NCBI RefSeq assembly: GCF_964188315.1
Contig: NC_135656.1
Location: 67,022,001 to 67,086,000, forward strand
DNA: 64,000 bases
Direction: 5' to 3'
From: Podarcis muralis
Taxonomy: Eukaryota
In this document: piece after piece, positions 25,009 through 38,945 of the stretch
Layout: the number at the start of each line of letters is the position of its first letter
Numbering within the stretch: the stretch's first letter is position 1
Made by a program: the position numbers and the translations under genes
The notes under the pieces: generated by a model
Databases searched by the model: none
Seen by the model: the letters and a program-made list of their open reading frames with translations, nothing else
What the model was told of the DNA's origin: nothing

Positions 25009-26391
25009 CTAGCCAACAGAGATTTCTCTTATTCATATTTCGGGGGTGGGGAGTTTAGATGTGGCTAGCATGAAAACCTATAGAAGCAGATGTCTGCAAT
25101 TTGGTAATGCAATTTCTTCTGAAGGGGCCACAGTGTCTCCTGATTTCAGACTCCCAATTCCCACATGCTCAAAACGAGAATCATATACAGGCCAATTTTT
25201 GATACAATGCAAGTCACTGATCTCGAATTGGATTAGGGACGGGCGTCCTATTGGGAAGACCCAGTTTTCTGAGTGCATGTTCTGAAAGTTGGGCAATAGG
25301 GGCAATACAGGATTCCTTTTGGTGTACCGACTTCCCTGCTGCACCAAGGATTCCCTGGCCAAGCTGCTTCAGGTCGTGGCGGATGTGCTCCTGGAGACAC
25401 CTAGTTTGGTTGTCCTAGGCAGAGGTGGAGCTAGCTGCTCCGGCACCCATAGCAGCGCACATACTGTGCACCCAGGGGAGGGGCAAGCATCGCAGGGCAA
25501 TTTATATACAGGCCAATTTGTGATACAATGCAAGTCTCTGGTCTCGAATCAGATTAGGGAAGAGCTACTGAAGCTATTAATATTACATTTATGGGAGCAA
25601 TAGGATGAATAAAAATGGACTCTTCTTGAAAAAAAATTGTCCAGTCCTCTTCTGCACAGCCTAACCTGCCTCGGGGATTTCCCAAATCCACCAGAGAAAT
25701 CAAGGATACACAGTGGGACCCCCAAGTGGGGAAAACAAGGAGGAGAGAAATCCCATTGCAATGACATTAATTCTTGAGCTAGTGCAAGGATGTAGCTGAA
25801 TACCACCTTGGGTGGCATATATCAATTTATATGGTGGTAATTGGATTTTCTATGTGTACTTTTATTTCTCTGCTTCTCTTTCTCATTTTCTTCCATTAAA
25901 AATCAATAGAAAAGAAAAGTATCATGGCAGGGTAATGGGTTCTAGCCTCAATGTCTAATTAATCACCTGGCTGTCAACAGGTGGTTTGGGGTTTTCTTAA
26001 TCTGCAGAAATCCATTGTCTGCAGTCAGAAGTGTTACAGTCCAGAGGGAGTAGATTAGGCTGATTGTTTAAAACTCAGTTCCTTGATTGTATGTTATGTA
26101 CTAATTCTTGCACTAATGCAAGGATGTAGCTGAATACTAACTTGGATGGCATATATAAATTCTGTCCTTAATATGTTTAAGAATAGATAAGACACAAGTA
26201 AATGTATGGGGAGTTTGATAATGTTGCTGAGCTTATTTATTGATGAACTAAATTAAGATGTTGCGAAGTATTCACTGGCTTACAGAGCATAACCAAAGAG
26301 AATAATGGAATTGGGGGGGGGGGTGATGCAATGAGTGAGGCTTGAAGAGAAATGGGACTTCTTCTGCAGATGTTCCATAGTCTTGTGCGTC

Positions 26392-29300
26392 TTAAACTTT
26401 TCTGCATTCTCCAAAGTGCATTAGTATCAGCTTTCTTTTCTGCATTCTGATGAGAAAAAAAGAAGTAAATAAATACGAGAATTCATAACATGTAAGTTTC
26501 CTTATAACTCATTAAAGATAAATACTATATAGGTGGGAAAACTAAGTTCATCATTGCCCTAAGTACTGGGGAGGGAAGGGGCTATGGAAGAATAATGTCT
26601 GAGTCGCTGGAGAGCTTCTGCCATTTGCCTAGACAATATCGAACAAGATGGACCAGTGTTCCTTTCAGCTCCACCGCTTGGTGGAAGATCCGTCTTCTCC
26701 ACCCTTCATTGTTGATCTGTGTCACAGAACATAGAACCGATTTGGGCATCTTTCCCCTGCCCTCTCCTCCCACAGGATCCCACTTAGCAGCAGCAACAAC
26801 AGTACTGTCAGGAGGGTGGTGCATGTGAACCCATTTGAGTTTAAAATTCAAGGCGGTCTACAGATTAGTTCTGCTCACATGTTCATTTGGGCCTCATATG
26901 CAACACATAACACACATTGTGCAAAAATTTTTTAAAAATTCCTGCATTGCAGGGGTTTGAACTAGATGATCTTTGTGGTCACTTCCGACTCTACAATTCT
27001 ATGGTTCCCTCCATTCTGAAGGAAATCAGCCCTGAGTGCTCACTGGAAGGACAGATCCTGAAGCTGAAGCTCCTATACTTTGACCACTTCATGAGAAGAG
27101 AATACTCCCTGGAAAAGACCCTGATGTTGGGAAAGATGGAGTGCCTGGCGTGCTTGGTCTATGGGGTCACAAAGAGTCGGACACGACTAAAGGACAACAA
27201 AATGATATACTCACATATATTCATTGCAGAAGTGACACCGGTTGCTATAGGTCTTGCCATCAGAACCGCAGTGGGCACGGTACTCCTCAGTGCATATGAC
27301 TTTTGGGTACCCTTGGCAATATTTCTGAAGAAAAAGGACACAGCACTTAATAAGGGCTCCTCTCCCCTTGATCTCTGGATTGCAAGGCCTTTCTGACTAT
27401 GACTTGCCTAATAATGAGGCACAGATGACAAATACACCAAGTGTTAATTTAAGATATGCATTCAAGCAGAGGAAAAGCTGCTTTATCATCCTGCCAAGCA
27501 GTGAACTGCATGATAATGTTGTTCCATATTCAACCCGAGTTACCACTGCTTCCAAAGACGGGTTGATGCTCCCAGACATGACATGTGTGTGGGTGTTTGT
27601 GTGTGATTCCTGTATTCAGTTTGTAGGAAGAGAATTTCAGCTCTGTTTTGCTTTAGTTAGTATTGCTCTTCCCACTATTAACAGGCTGGAAAGGGGCAGA
27701 AAGGTACTCCCATCTGAGGCTCTCCCAGCTCTTGGCAGGGAACGTGGATTATTTTTTGCCATTTGGACTCCGCCAGCTCCACACAGCAGTCCAGTGTTTA
27801 GGAGCCTTGGGGATTTACAGGACCTTGTATCCAGAAGAACCAGAAACTCTGGCACCCTGTGGCCACACACAGCTTTCTACTGGGGTAGTGCATGGACCCC
27901 ACCCCATTCAAATTGTGGCTCTGATTTATCTAAATTAGGCCTGCTTTGTTCCAGACTGATTTGGACCCCAAACCACCTGATCCAGAGCTGATTTTTATTA
28001 ATCTCCAGAATATCACAGACTTGCTTTGCCAAATAAAAATGCCAAAACTTTCATCGTCAAGGCATGAGATTTGGTTACATTATAACCCCTATATGGGGGA
28101 TTAAACCTGTTGAATTACAGACGGTCAATGCCGGGGTTTCATACAAGACATTTTAAAAGTTTAAAATGCTGCAGGGTTAAAACAGGTACAAAGTTTTTTT
28201 ACATTGTGACACGGAATTTGCAGATTACAGGTGGGTAGATCCAGGGGTTTCATACTCAACACATTTTACAGTTGCTTTAAAATACATCTTTAAAAATCCA
28301 CAGTGAGAGTCCAATCCTGCCAGTTCTCAAGAATATTATTATTCCTGATTTCATAAGACTGTGGCTAAATAATATGCCTGCAAGTTTGGGTGGTCTGTCT
28401 AATAATAATAAAATAACCCCACTAGGCTACTGCAGGACACAAGCTGGGACTAATAGCAACTGGAACTAATGTGAAAGTGTGGGGGGGGGGAGAGCTCTTT
28501 TTTGTTATATATATGCATATATGTTTCTGTTGCCTGTGTTTTTAATTCCATTTGAAAATATAATAAAAATCTACAGTAAATATAAATTCACTTTTCTTAA
28601 CTCCATGCCACTTTCATGTTCTATCTATTAGGGGTTACCGCCCACACACTTCCGCTGCGCTTTTCTGCTTGTGTGGCGGCATCTCGGTAAACCACTTCTT
28701 ACTGTTTGTAGCTGAGTTTTCCCCGGAGGCAGAGGACAAGAACAGGAGTCATACTCAAATCCACAGTCAAGAGCTTCTTTATTGCTTGGCTGGTTGCACA
28801 AGCATTTCTGATACTATTATATACAAGCTATTTACATTCCTTCTTTATCTCTCCAGCACGGTATAATCTCAGTCCAGTAATTAATCCTGACACAGCAAAA
28901 CTCACAGTATCAGCAGCACACATTTTCTTACTTCCAACCTTGTTGTCAGCATGCGTACTGACAGTGTGATGGCCTGGGATTCGGATTTGGATCCTGAACC
29001 TGAGGAATCCCAGCCTGCACAGGATTCCCCGCTTCCAGAACCAGCTGAGCTGGGGCTGGGGCATGAGCCTGAAGGGTCCTCACCTGTGCTGGATCCTCAG
29101 GTGCAGGCACCAGCTGAGTCTGCTCTGGCTCCTGAGGGGATGGAGGACCCATGACCTGCAGGTGCTCCACCCTCAGCCCTGTCAGAGGAAGCTGAGGTTG
29201 CCTCTGGGTCTGGTAACCCTCCAGCCTGTCCTGAGCTGCAGAGGCTCAGGGCAGAGAGGCGGAGGGAACTAAGTTCCCACAGGAAGAATGCTCACCTCCA

Positions 29301-30707
29301 GGCCAGGAGAGGCGAGTCTCCTGTGGATCGGGGCTGCCCTATGCCTCGGGGGAGATAAAAGCCAGCCAGCGCAGGCCCAAGTTGTGGGAGCAACATCATT
29401 GGTTGTCAGTACCAGCCTAACTTCCCTGCTGGAGCTCCTGACCTCACCCAATGCCCTGCCCTGCACCCAGCTTCGACTTCTACGGACTGCCGTAATTTTG
29501 CACCATTGACCTCAGACTGGACTCGGACCTTGCCTCTCGGTTAGCCCCCGGGACCAGCACAGACAGTGTGTGTGCTTTCCTCATGTGGAAATTGCAACCT
29601 TCAACTTCCTCCTTTTATTTGTACCTCCAGCTGACAACAATCAAGCCTAGAGTGCCACTCGCACACACTAAACAAAATTCTGGAACCCTCTTTAAAGCTT
29701 CAAGGAACTTTTATCTGCTTCTTAAAGAATATTTTCCTAACACAATCATAATATTTTGCACTTACCACTTCCCATAATGCTTTAACAGCAACATCTAGAA
29801 GCAAAACACAGAAAATGTAAAGTTATAAAGAAAATCCATATATTGAATAACAGTTCAAATTAGAACAGTTATTTCTAGGAACAGAAAATGAGCATTGTAT
29901 CTTCTACATCCTTTGTTATCCTGAAAGTACACCCATAATGTGGCTTGGAAATATGCAATTTACTTTAAATGTCACAGGGCATGGATTAGAAGATAATCAA
30001 ATCAATGGAAAATGGTGTAATCAGTTAAATAGGAATAACTGAATATACTGATTCATTTACTAGCTAACTGGGTACCAGTTTTTTTATTTCAGCGGAATAC
30101 CCAGCTGTGGTGCCGTGTGTGTTTAGAATTGTTCCCAAGTCCACTATTTATCTACAAGAGCCATGTAGAGATTGTGAAGGAAGCATGGTGTGTGGTGGTA
30201 GTAGCTTTAGGGGGCATTAATGTTTGAAGTCTCACCTCACAAAGAGGTTCCTATTGGGTGGAAAGTGCTGGGCACTATCTGGAATGAAGAGCCCTGACAG
30301 ATTGTGAATCTCACATGGCAAGACATTCATTCTGGTTCTTCCTGACATTTATCATTTCATGTAGGAGGAACCTTGAGAATAGACATGTTTCAGTATTCAA
30401 ATGAATATGGGAAAGGCTCAAGTGTGTGTGTGTGTTTTGGGGGGATGTGTGTCCCTATGTTTGACCAATGTCCTCTCCTTCATTTAGCTTTCAGACATTG
30501 AATACCAAGGTATTCAGGGAGATTTTAACTGGATTTAATTAACACAGGTGGAGCCTTCCTACACTCATCTGAAGACATGAATAGTCTATGGACTGTTTGG
30601 TCCCTACACCTCTCCAAGAAAGAGAACTTTTGCAATATGAAATATTACTCACCTGAGTACAAAAAGAAGACCATCAGAGTGAGGAGGAGAAAGCTGCTTG
30701 GCTTCAT
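26392..30707 (-). CDS. K3: secreted single-domain Kazal inhibitor (SPINK family), intact, P1=Glu
   Basis: Exons 30707-30653, 29794-29766, 27324-27215, 26446-26392, all GT-AG. Protein: [82 protein letters not shown]. Confidence 0.9.
27004..27201 (+). mobile_element. Internally deleted Bov-B 3' fragment in K3 intron 3
   Basis: [21 protein letters not shown]... then AGTCGGACACGACTAA...CAACAA. Lacks 104 bp relative to the 23416 copy. Confidence 0.88.
28626..29742 (-). mobile_element. Solo LTR (outer) in K3 intron 2, interrupted by a second solo LTR
   Basis: Absent from paralogous introns. Inverted termini TATTAGG...CCTAACA, near-TSD CTATC/CAATC, AATAAA on the minus strand at ~28777. Confidence 0.6.
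28965..29561 (+). mobile_element. 597-bp solo LTR (TG...CA) nested in the outer LTR
   Basis: TGTGATGG...CCAGCACA with exact 5-bp TSD GACAG at 28960-28964 and 29562-29566. TATA-like GATAAAAG at ~29354. Confidence 0.85.
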
Positions 30708-32546
30708 GATTTTGCTGGTGGGTTTGGATCTGTTGGTCTCTTAGTGCTTTTCCAAGCAGTAGATGCTTTTCAGATTCCACTGGTTACGATGAGGTATGGC
30801 ATCTCTTCCATGTATTTATGGAAGTTTCTGCAGCCTTGATGATGAAATCTCCCAATTTCTGAGAAATATTTACACGTGCAAATGTGATTATACAGGACTG
30901 CAATGTTTTCTGCCAGTTTTAATGGTTCCCCTTAAGTGCACATTCCCCGTGTGTGCACGAAATATTTGGCAACCAGATCCTTAGGAAATACGGCTTCTGA
31001 TGCAATGATGACATTGCTGTTACAGGTCACAAAAAATGAGGTACAAACAAAACAGTTTTAGAAATTCTGGGATTCTTTTGACCAAAGGCAATCATTTTAG
31101 CACAAAGAAAAACAAAGGAGCCTTACTCGTTCAGCATGTAAGTCATAAAATAAAAGAGGTATTGTTGTCCCAGAAAGCAATACAAACACATTATATACGT
31201 CAAACACACTTATTATCTTCAATTGTTTAAAACCACAGAAGTGGAAAACAAGAACAGAGAAAACAAGATTTGGTGATAGGAGAAAACAAGCCATGAATGT
31301 ATGGCGTGAGCATCTTGGATTTCCATTGTTTGAGGCCATTTTCTTCTGAACACAAGTTACTGGGAAAACAGCAGGCGGGTCCAGTGTTTTTGCCCTCAGG
31401 TCCTGCTTGCAGGCATCTCATACGTATCTGGTTGTCAGCTGTGAGAACAGGATGCTGGGACAGAAGAGACACGGGCATGATCCCACATCTTGGCCAATTT
31501 TGGAAACAATAAGCTGGCAGGAGAATGTCTGGACCTTGGGTCTGGAGAGTTTGGAGGGTTCCAAATCTTGGCAGAGCTATGTCCCACTTTGTCGCTCAAA
31601 GGAGCTTCCCCTGATCCTATGCATTTTTACTCAGCATTAAGCCTTATGAAGTAAGGATTCTCTTTCAAGGAAGAGTGAATAGGATTGAAGCCTGACACTT
31701 TATCAGATGTTTGCACAACATGGGGGTACTTCCTGCCTTTCCCTGCCATAAGCGGATATTCTGATGAGCAGTTGAGTTGCCTTCCAGTGGCAAAGGCTGA
31801 AGGATGGACACTATTTTCTCTGCTCTGTTGAGATTTCCTTGTGGAACAATACCTGTGAAATTGAGGAGCTCTTCTGCTTTTCTCTCTCACTAAAACAAGA
31901 TGGCTGCTGCCTCTCAAAGATGTCCTGAATGAACTGGGCAACTGGGCATATGCACCCAGGTGGGGAAAGCAAGGAGGAGAGAAATCCCATTTCATTAACA
32001 TTAATTCATATGATGGCAACTGAATTTTCAATGTGTACGTTTCTCTTATTTCTCTCTCTGTTTTTTTAAAATTTTCTTCTATTAAAAATCAATAGAAAAG
32101 AAAAGAAATGTATCATGTCAGGGGGGTGGGTCCTAGTCTCAGTCTCTAATCACCTGGCTGTGTACAGGTGTTTTGGGGGGAGTTTTTAATCTGCAGAACT
32201 CAATTGCCAGAACTCAGAAATGTCATACTCAAAAGGGAGAAGATTCTGCTGATTGTTTGACTCACTTCCTTGATTGTGCGTTATTAGTAAGAAACTTCAA
32301 CACCAATCTCTCGTCCAAATCATATAATATTTTATAGAATAGATAATACACAAATAAATGTATGGAGAGCTTGATAATGTTGTGGAGCTTATTTATTGAT
32401 AAACTGAATTAAGATGTTGCGAGATATTCAATGGCTCACAGAGCATAAGCAAAGCGAAGAATCGATTTTTTTTTGTAGTGAAATAATGAGTGAAGCTTGA
32501 ATAGAAATGGGACTTCCTTTGCAGAAGTTTCATAGTCTTGTGCATC

Positions 32547-35500
32547 TTAAGCTGCTATGCATTTTCCGAAGTATTCCAGTTTCAGCTTTCCTCCACTTTT
32601 GCTGATGAGAGAAAAAGAAGTAAGTAAATGTGAGAATTTGTAAGATGCAACTTTCATTATAACTCCTTAAAGAGAAATACTATATAGGTGGGAAAGCTTA
32701 TGCCATAATTGCTATGTGTCTTGGGACCGGCAAAGGGCTGAGGAAGAATCCGGTCAGAGACCCTGGAAAATTACTTCCCGTCAGCCTAGCCAATATTGAG
32801 CAAGAGGGACCAAAGCACTTTTCAGGTCTACCACTTTGGGGGAAGATTCCCCTTCTCCAGCCTTCACTGTACATCTGTGTCAAACTTCTCTAGCAGCAAA
32901 TGTTCAGACTTTTACCTAGTGCAATTTCAAGATCCACATTAAGGAAACACCTAGTGTAGGCCTTTGTTACCCTCAGAATAATGTTCTTATTACTCCCTGA
33001 TTCCCTGATGAGGATTTTTGTTATTTTTCTTCTGAGCCAACCCTACTACCTTTTGTGTTGTGTCGGTGTTGTGGGATGGGATAGTGTTGGGATGCTCCTA
33101 AGGAATTGAGGGCAATTGGTAAGCCCCCAGCTGTCCCCAACCCATGGGCCAACATGCCAGTCGAACTCCAGTCCTTTGTGCAGCATGAATCTGCGACCCA
33201 GAGCTTCAGAAGTTCAGAAGCTGGACACACAACTCAGCAGAGTAAACACACAACAGAAGTGGCAGGGAGAGGCTGTGTAAAGCATATTTACAAGCAGTTT
33301 ATTCAGCATACATCAGGACAAAAGGAAAAACATGTCTTCTCCCCTTCATGTCGAAAAGCAAGCAGCTTAAGCAATAGCTACACACAAACGGAAGTTCCCA
33401 GCAAGTTGTGCTGGAGTGTAAACAGGCATGTGACACACAACAGTCATGCCTGTTCCTCTTAAGGTGGAATGCAATATTCTAACAGATAGAGCCCATTTGG
33501 GGATATTTCCCCTCCCCATCCCCCTGGATCGCTCTTAGCAGCAGCAACAAGAGTGTCAGGAGGGTGGTGCATGTGAATAGCCCTCCCAAGCCACTCCATC
33601 TTCAAATTTAGGGCTACCTACAGATTAGCTCCGCTCACCATGTTCCTTTGGGCCTCATAAACAAGACAAAACTCAGGGCCATGGGATGGAACCCCACATT
33701 GTGCAAAATGATTCCAGCACTGCCCGGGGGGGGGGGGTGTCCCCCGCTTGACTTTCCCTTCTACATGGGTGCTGATTCTCAATTTCTTTTTATTTCGTTT
33801 ATTTACATCTCACCATGCTGAGTGCAAATATAATCATTTACTTTTTAACTTCCAACAAATATGTCTGAGAGGGAAAAAAAAGATTCCTGCACTCCAGGAG
33901 GTTGGACTACATGACTCTCGGGGTCCCTTTAGACTGCATTATTCTATGATATACTCACAAATATGCATCGCAGAAGTCACACTGGTTGCCATAGGTCTCG
34001 CCATCAGAACCGCAGTGGGGACGTTTCTCAAAGATGCATGCTGGGTTTGGATGCCCTTTGCAATATTCCTGAAGACGAAGGACACAACACTTTTAAAGGT
34101 CCTCCCCACTTAACCTTTGGACTGCAAGGCCTTTCTGATTATGACATGATTAATAATGAGGCAAAGATGAGGAATGCAAATGACAATTCAACAAGTGTTG
34201 TATTAAGGTGTGCATTCAAGCACAGGAAATACTGATTTATTGTCCTGGCAAGCAGGGAATTGTGTGATAATGTTGTTCTCTATTCATCCTAAGTTCCGAC
34301 TCAGGGGGTTGAAACCTGTCAAATTGTAGATCGTCGGTGCTAGGGATTTCATGCAAGACACCTTAAAGTTTAAAATATTGCACAGGTACCTGTAGAACAG
34401 GTACAAAGTTTTTCACACTGCCAAACAAAATTTGCAGACATGGTAGTCCCTTCAGCGAAGATTAATCCTGCCAGGTTGCGAGTGGGCAGCTCCAGGGGTT
34501 TCATGCTAGACACATTTAACGGTTGTTTTTGCAAATAAATACTTTTAAAAAACACACAGTGAGTGCCTGAATTCATAAGACAGTGGCTAAATAATATGCC
34601 TGCAAGGTTGGGCGGTCTGTATAGTAATAACAGAATAACCCCAGTAGGCTACTACAGAACACAAGCTGAGACTTTCTTACAAATTGTGGGTAGCAACTGG
34701 AACTAATAATAATTCCACCGCCTTTTTTAAAAAAAGGAATGGGACTAGAGATGTGAAATCCTGAGGAAAACCCCAGCTCTTGTATGTTATATTTGTGTCG
34801 ATGTGTTTTTGTTGTCTGTATTATAAATTCTGTTTTAAAAATTGACACACACACACACAGAAACACACAGAGAATATTTTAAAATTCCACAAGAAATATA
34901 AATTCACTTATCTTAACTCCATGCTACTTCCATGTTCTATCATAAGAATAAATGATTTCCCACTTACCTCTTCCAAGGATGCTTTAACAACAACATCTAG
35001 ATGCAAAACACAGAAAATGTGAAAATGATTTAGCAAATCCGTATGTTGAATAATAGCCCATTTGATAACATTTATTTCTAGGAACTGAATAGTGAGATGC
35101 ATTGTATCTTGTACATCCTATGTTATCCTAAAAGTGCCTTGGCAACATGCAATTTCCTTTAAATGCCACTGAGCATGGATAGGAAGACAATCAAATCAAT
35201 GGGAAATGGTTCAGTCCGTTAACTACACTAAATACAAATAACTGTATATACTGGTTTAGTCCATAACTAACTGGGACCCAGTTCTGTTGATTTCCCTTGA
35301 ATGCCTGGCTGTGGTGCTTTGCGTGTTTAGAATCATGGCTAGGTCCACTTTTTATGTCAGAAGAGCCACGTGGAGACCATGAAGAAAGGAGGGAGCATGG
35401 TAGCTTCAGGGGACATTAGTGTTTTGAGCCTCGTCTTTCAAAAAGGCTCCTATGGTGTGAATAGTGGTGGGCGCCTTGTGTAGTGTAGAGCCCTGATGTA

Positions 35501-35940
35501 GAGTACCTTTATTTGATAGAGTAAATCTCACATAGCAAGACATTCATTCTTGCTCTTCCCCCCATGTATAATTTCACATAGGAGGAACTTTGAGAACAGA
35601 CATGTTTCAGTGTTCAAAAGAATGAGAGAAAGGAGAGAAAGGTGTGTGTGTGTTGGGGAGATGTGTGTCCCTGTCCTTAGTGTCCCTATGATTGACCACA
35701 ATGTCCCCTCCTTCCTTTAGCTTTCAGACAGCGAACACCATGGTTTGCAAGGAGATTTTAACTGGATTTGGCCACCACAGGTGGAGCCTTCCTACACTCA
35801 TTTGAAGGCATGAATAGTCTATGGACTGTTTGGTCCCTACACCTCTCCAAGAAAGAGACATTTTGCAATATGAAATATGACTTACCTGAGTACAAAAAGA
35901 AGACCTTCAGAGTGAGGAGGAGAAAGCTGCCTGGCCTCAT
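32547..35940 (-). CDS. K4: secreted single-domain Kazal inhibitor (SPINK family), intact, P1=Phe
   Basis: Exons 35940-35886, 34996-34968, 34068-33959, 32601-32547, all GT-AG. Protein: [86 protein letters not shown] at 36041-36052. Confidence 0.9.
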
Positions 35941-38900
35941 GATGATGCTGGTGGGTTTAGTTCTGTCTGCCTCTTAGTGTTTTTCCAAGCAGTAGATGCT
36001 TCTCAGATTTCACTGGCTGCAGTGAGGTCTGGACTCCTGCTATAAATATATAGACGTCATTGTGGCACCAATGATGAAATCTCCCAGTCTCAAGAAATAT
36101 TTACATGTGGAAATAGGACATTACAGAGGGCAGCAATGTGATGTACAATGCATAACAGTTCCCTTCCTCTGCAGAAACAAGGGACATGCAAGAGTATGTG
36201 GTAACCAGTAACTTAGGAAGTTGCATGCAAAGTAGCTTGTCTTGACCATAAGCCAAAGCAAGTGATAAATTGCATGTCATATAGTATTTGTCAAAAAATA
36301 ATTTATTACACGGACTCCTAGCCAACACTGATTTTAGATATATATATTGCAGGGGTGGGGAGTTTAGATGTGGCTATCATGAAATCCTATGGAACAAGTC
36401 TAACTCGTTCAACTTGTAAGCTATAAAATAAAACAGGTATTGTAAAGGTCGTCCAAGGAAGCAGTACAAACACGCTATATACGTCAAACACACCTATTAT
36501 CTTTAATTATTTGAAAACCCCAGAAGTGGAAAACAAGCACAGAGAAAACAAGATTTGCTGATAAGAGAAAACAAGTCATCAATGTTTGGCGTGAGCATCT
36601 TGGATTTTCATTGTTTGAGGCAATTTTCTTCTGAATACAAATTACTGGAAAACAGAAGGTGGGTCCAGTGTTTTTGCCCTCAGGTCCTGCTTACAGGCAT
36701 CCCATAGGTATCTGGTTGTCAGCTGTGAGAACAGGAGGCTGGGACAGAAGAGACATGGGCATGATCCAGCAGGAGTATTCTTGTGTTCTTCCGATGCTCA
36801 GATTATTATCTCAAGGTCATCTTCATCATTTTCCAATTCTCTTTGAAGCAGTATATTGTCATAGATTTAAGGGGGACACACCCTTAAACCCTAGAAATGA
36901 CTATATGCTAGGATTTTGATTAATTGGGATATGGATTAAAATACAAGTTGATCTACCAGACAGAGAATTCCTGGACTTTCATATGCAAACCAGCCTGGTT
37001 GGCTTAGTGAAGAGAAAACCTGTTAACATGACAAAGGGCCAACAAGGAGGAATCCACGATGGGGATGTTAACAAGGTGATGGAGTGTATGTTTGAGGTGA
37101 CAGGAAAAGGAAGTCTGGAAGTAAAGGATGCTGGGGGGAATAAGAAGCAGGAAAAAGAACAGGGATCCATCTTGGGAAGACTGGCTGAAGGCTGCCTTTG
37201 CTGCTGTGGGGTACAAGTCCCTCTTGAAATGCCCATAATTGTAATATCTGGACTCCCTCCATGCAGATTGAAGGTGTACATAGCTTAAGAAAACATATTT
37301 CTTAAAGCCAAGACAGTATCCTCCGCATCCTCAATTCTCCAAAGAAACAGAGACCCTGTGTGGGCGCCTGGACCCCATGGCCTGTTGCCACCACTTGGCA
37401 GAGAAAGGGGCAGGCATTCGACTTTTGTAGCAATATTCATTCTATTGAGATCATAGTGGTTTGGAAAGATCTTGATACTTCTAAAAAGAAGGATGATGCA
37501 ACCATCATTCAGCAAAACTTTAGAACTAAGGAGTGGCACCTACAATTGTGAGGCGTGAATTCTGTCTCATTTCCCTCCTAATCACTGCAACATCTCTCTC
37601 CAACTTATCCCTTCGCTTATTAGCCACCCATGTATAGTCCACACCAACATCCCCTCTCCATTCATCAGACTAGCAGTTCTCTGCCCAATTTCCCTCATAA
37701 GTTTGGGTGTCTTTTACATGATACATCTTGGCCAATTGTGGAAACAAGAAGCTGACAGAAGAAAGTCTGGACCCTGGGTTCAGAAAGTTTGGAGGTTTCC
37801 AAATCTTGGCAGAGCTATGTCCCACATTTTCCCCCAGAGGCTCTTCTCCTGATCCTAAGGATTAAGCCTTATGAAGTAAGGATTTGCTTTCAAGGAAGAG
37901 TGAATTGGATTGAAGCCTGACACTTTATCAGATGTTTGCACAACATGGGGCTACTTCCTGCCATTCCCTGCCATAAGCAGATACTCTGATGAGCAGTTGA
38001 GTTGCCTTCCAGTGGAAAAGGCTGAAGGATGGACACTATTTTCTCTGCTCTGTTGAGATTTCCTTGTGGAACAATACCTGTGAAATTGAGGAGCTCTTCT
38101 GCCTTTCTCTCTCACAAAAACAAGATGGCTGCTGCCTCTAAGAGAAGTCCTAATGAACTTGGCAACTGGGCATATGCAGAACAGGATGATGGACCTGGTG
38201 GCCCATTGGCCTGATCCAGTAGCTGCTTCTTACATTCCCCTTGTGCAGCAGAACGCTCTCCCCTTCTCTCTTCTCCTTTGCATAGCCTAACCTGCCCTAG
38301 AGATTTTCCAAATCCAGCAGAGCAACATAGGCGACACAGTGGGACACCCAGGTGGGGAAAGCAAGGAGGAGAGAAATCCCATTGCATTAACATTAATTCT
38401 TCTGGTGGCACAATGATGTAGCTGGGTACCCACTTGAATGGCATATATCAATTCATATGATGGCAACTGAATTTTCAATGTGTACTTTTCTCTTATTTCT
38501 CTGTCTGTTTTTTAAAATTTTCTACTATTAAAAATCAATAGGGGGAAAAAAAGAAATGTATCATGGCAGGGGTATGGGTTTTTTTAATCTGCAGAAATCA
38601 ATTGCCAGAAGTCAGAAATGTCATAGTTGAAAGGGAGAAGGTTCTGCTGATTGTTTGACTCAGTTCCCTGATTGTGCGTTATTAGTAACAAACTCCAAGA
38701 CCGATTTCTTGCCCAAATCATATAATAATTTTAAGAATAGATAATACACAAATAAACGAATGGAGAGTTTGATAATGTTGCTGAGCTTATTTATTGATAA
38801 ACCGAATCAAGGTGTTGCAAGGTATTCACTGGCTCACAGAGGATAAGCAAAGAGAAGAATGGATTTCTTTTTTGTGGTGATGCGATGAGTGAAGCTTAAA

Positions 38901-38945
38901 GAGAAATGGGACTTCTTTTGTAGATATTTCATAATCTTGTGCATC

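Noticed and set aside
28951-29154. Pro/Glu-rich [22 protein letters not shown]…
   Set aside because: Starts outside and runs into a solo LTR; low-complexity LTR sequence.
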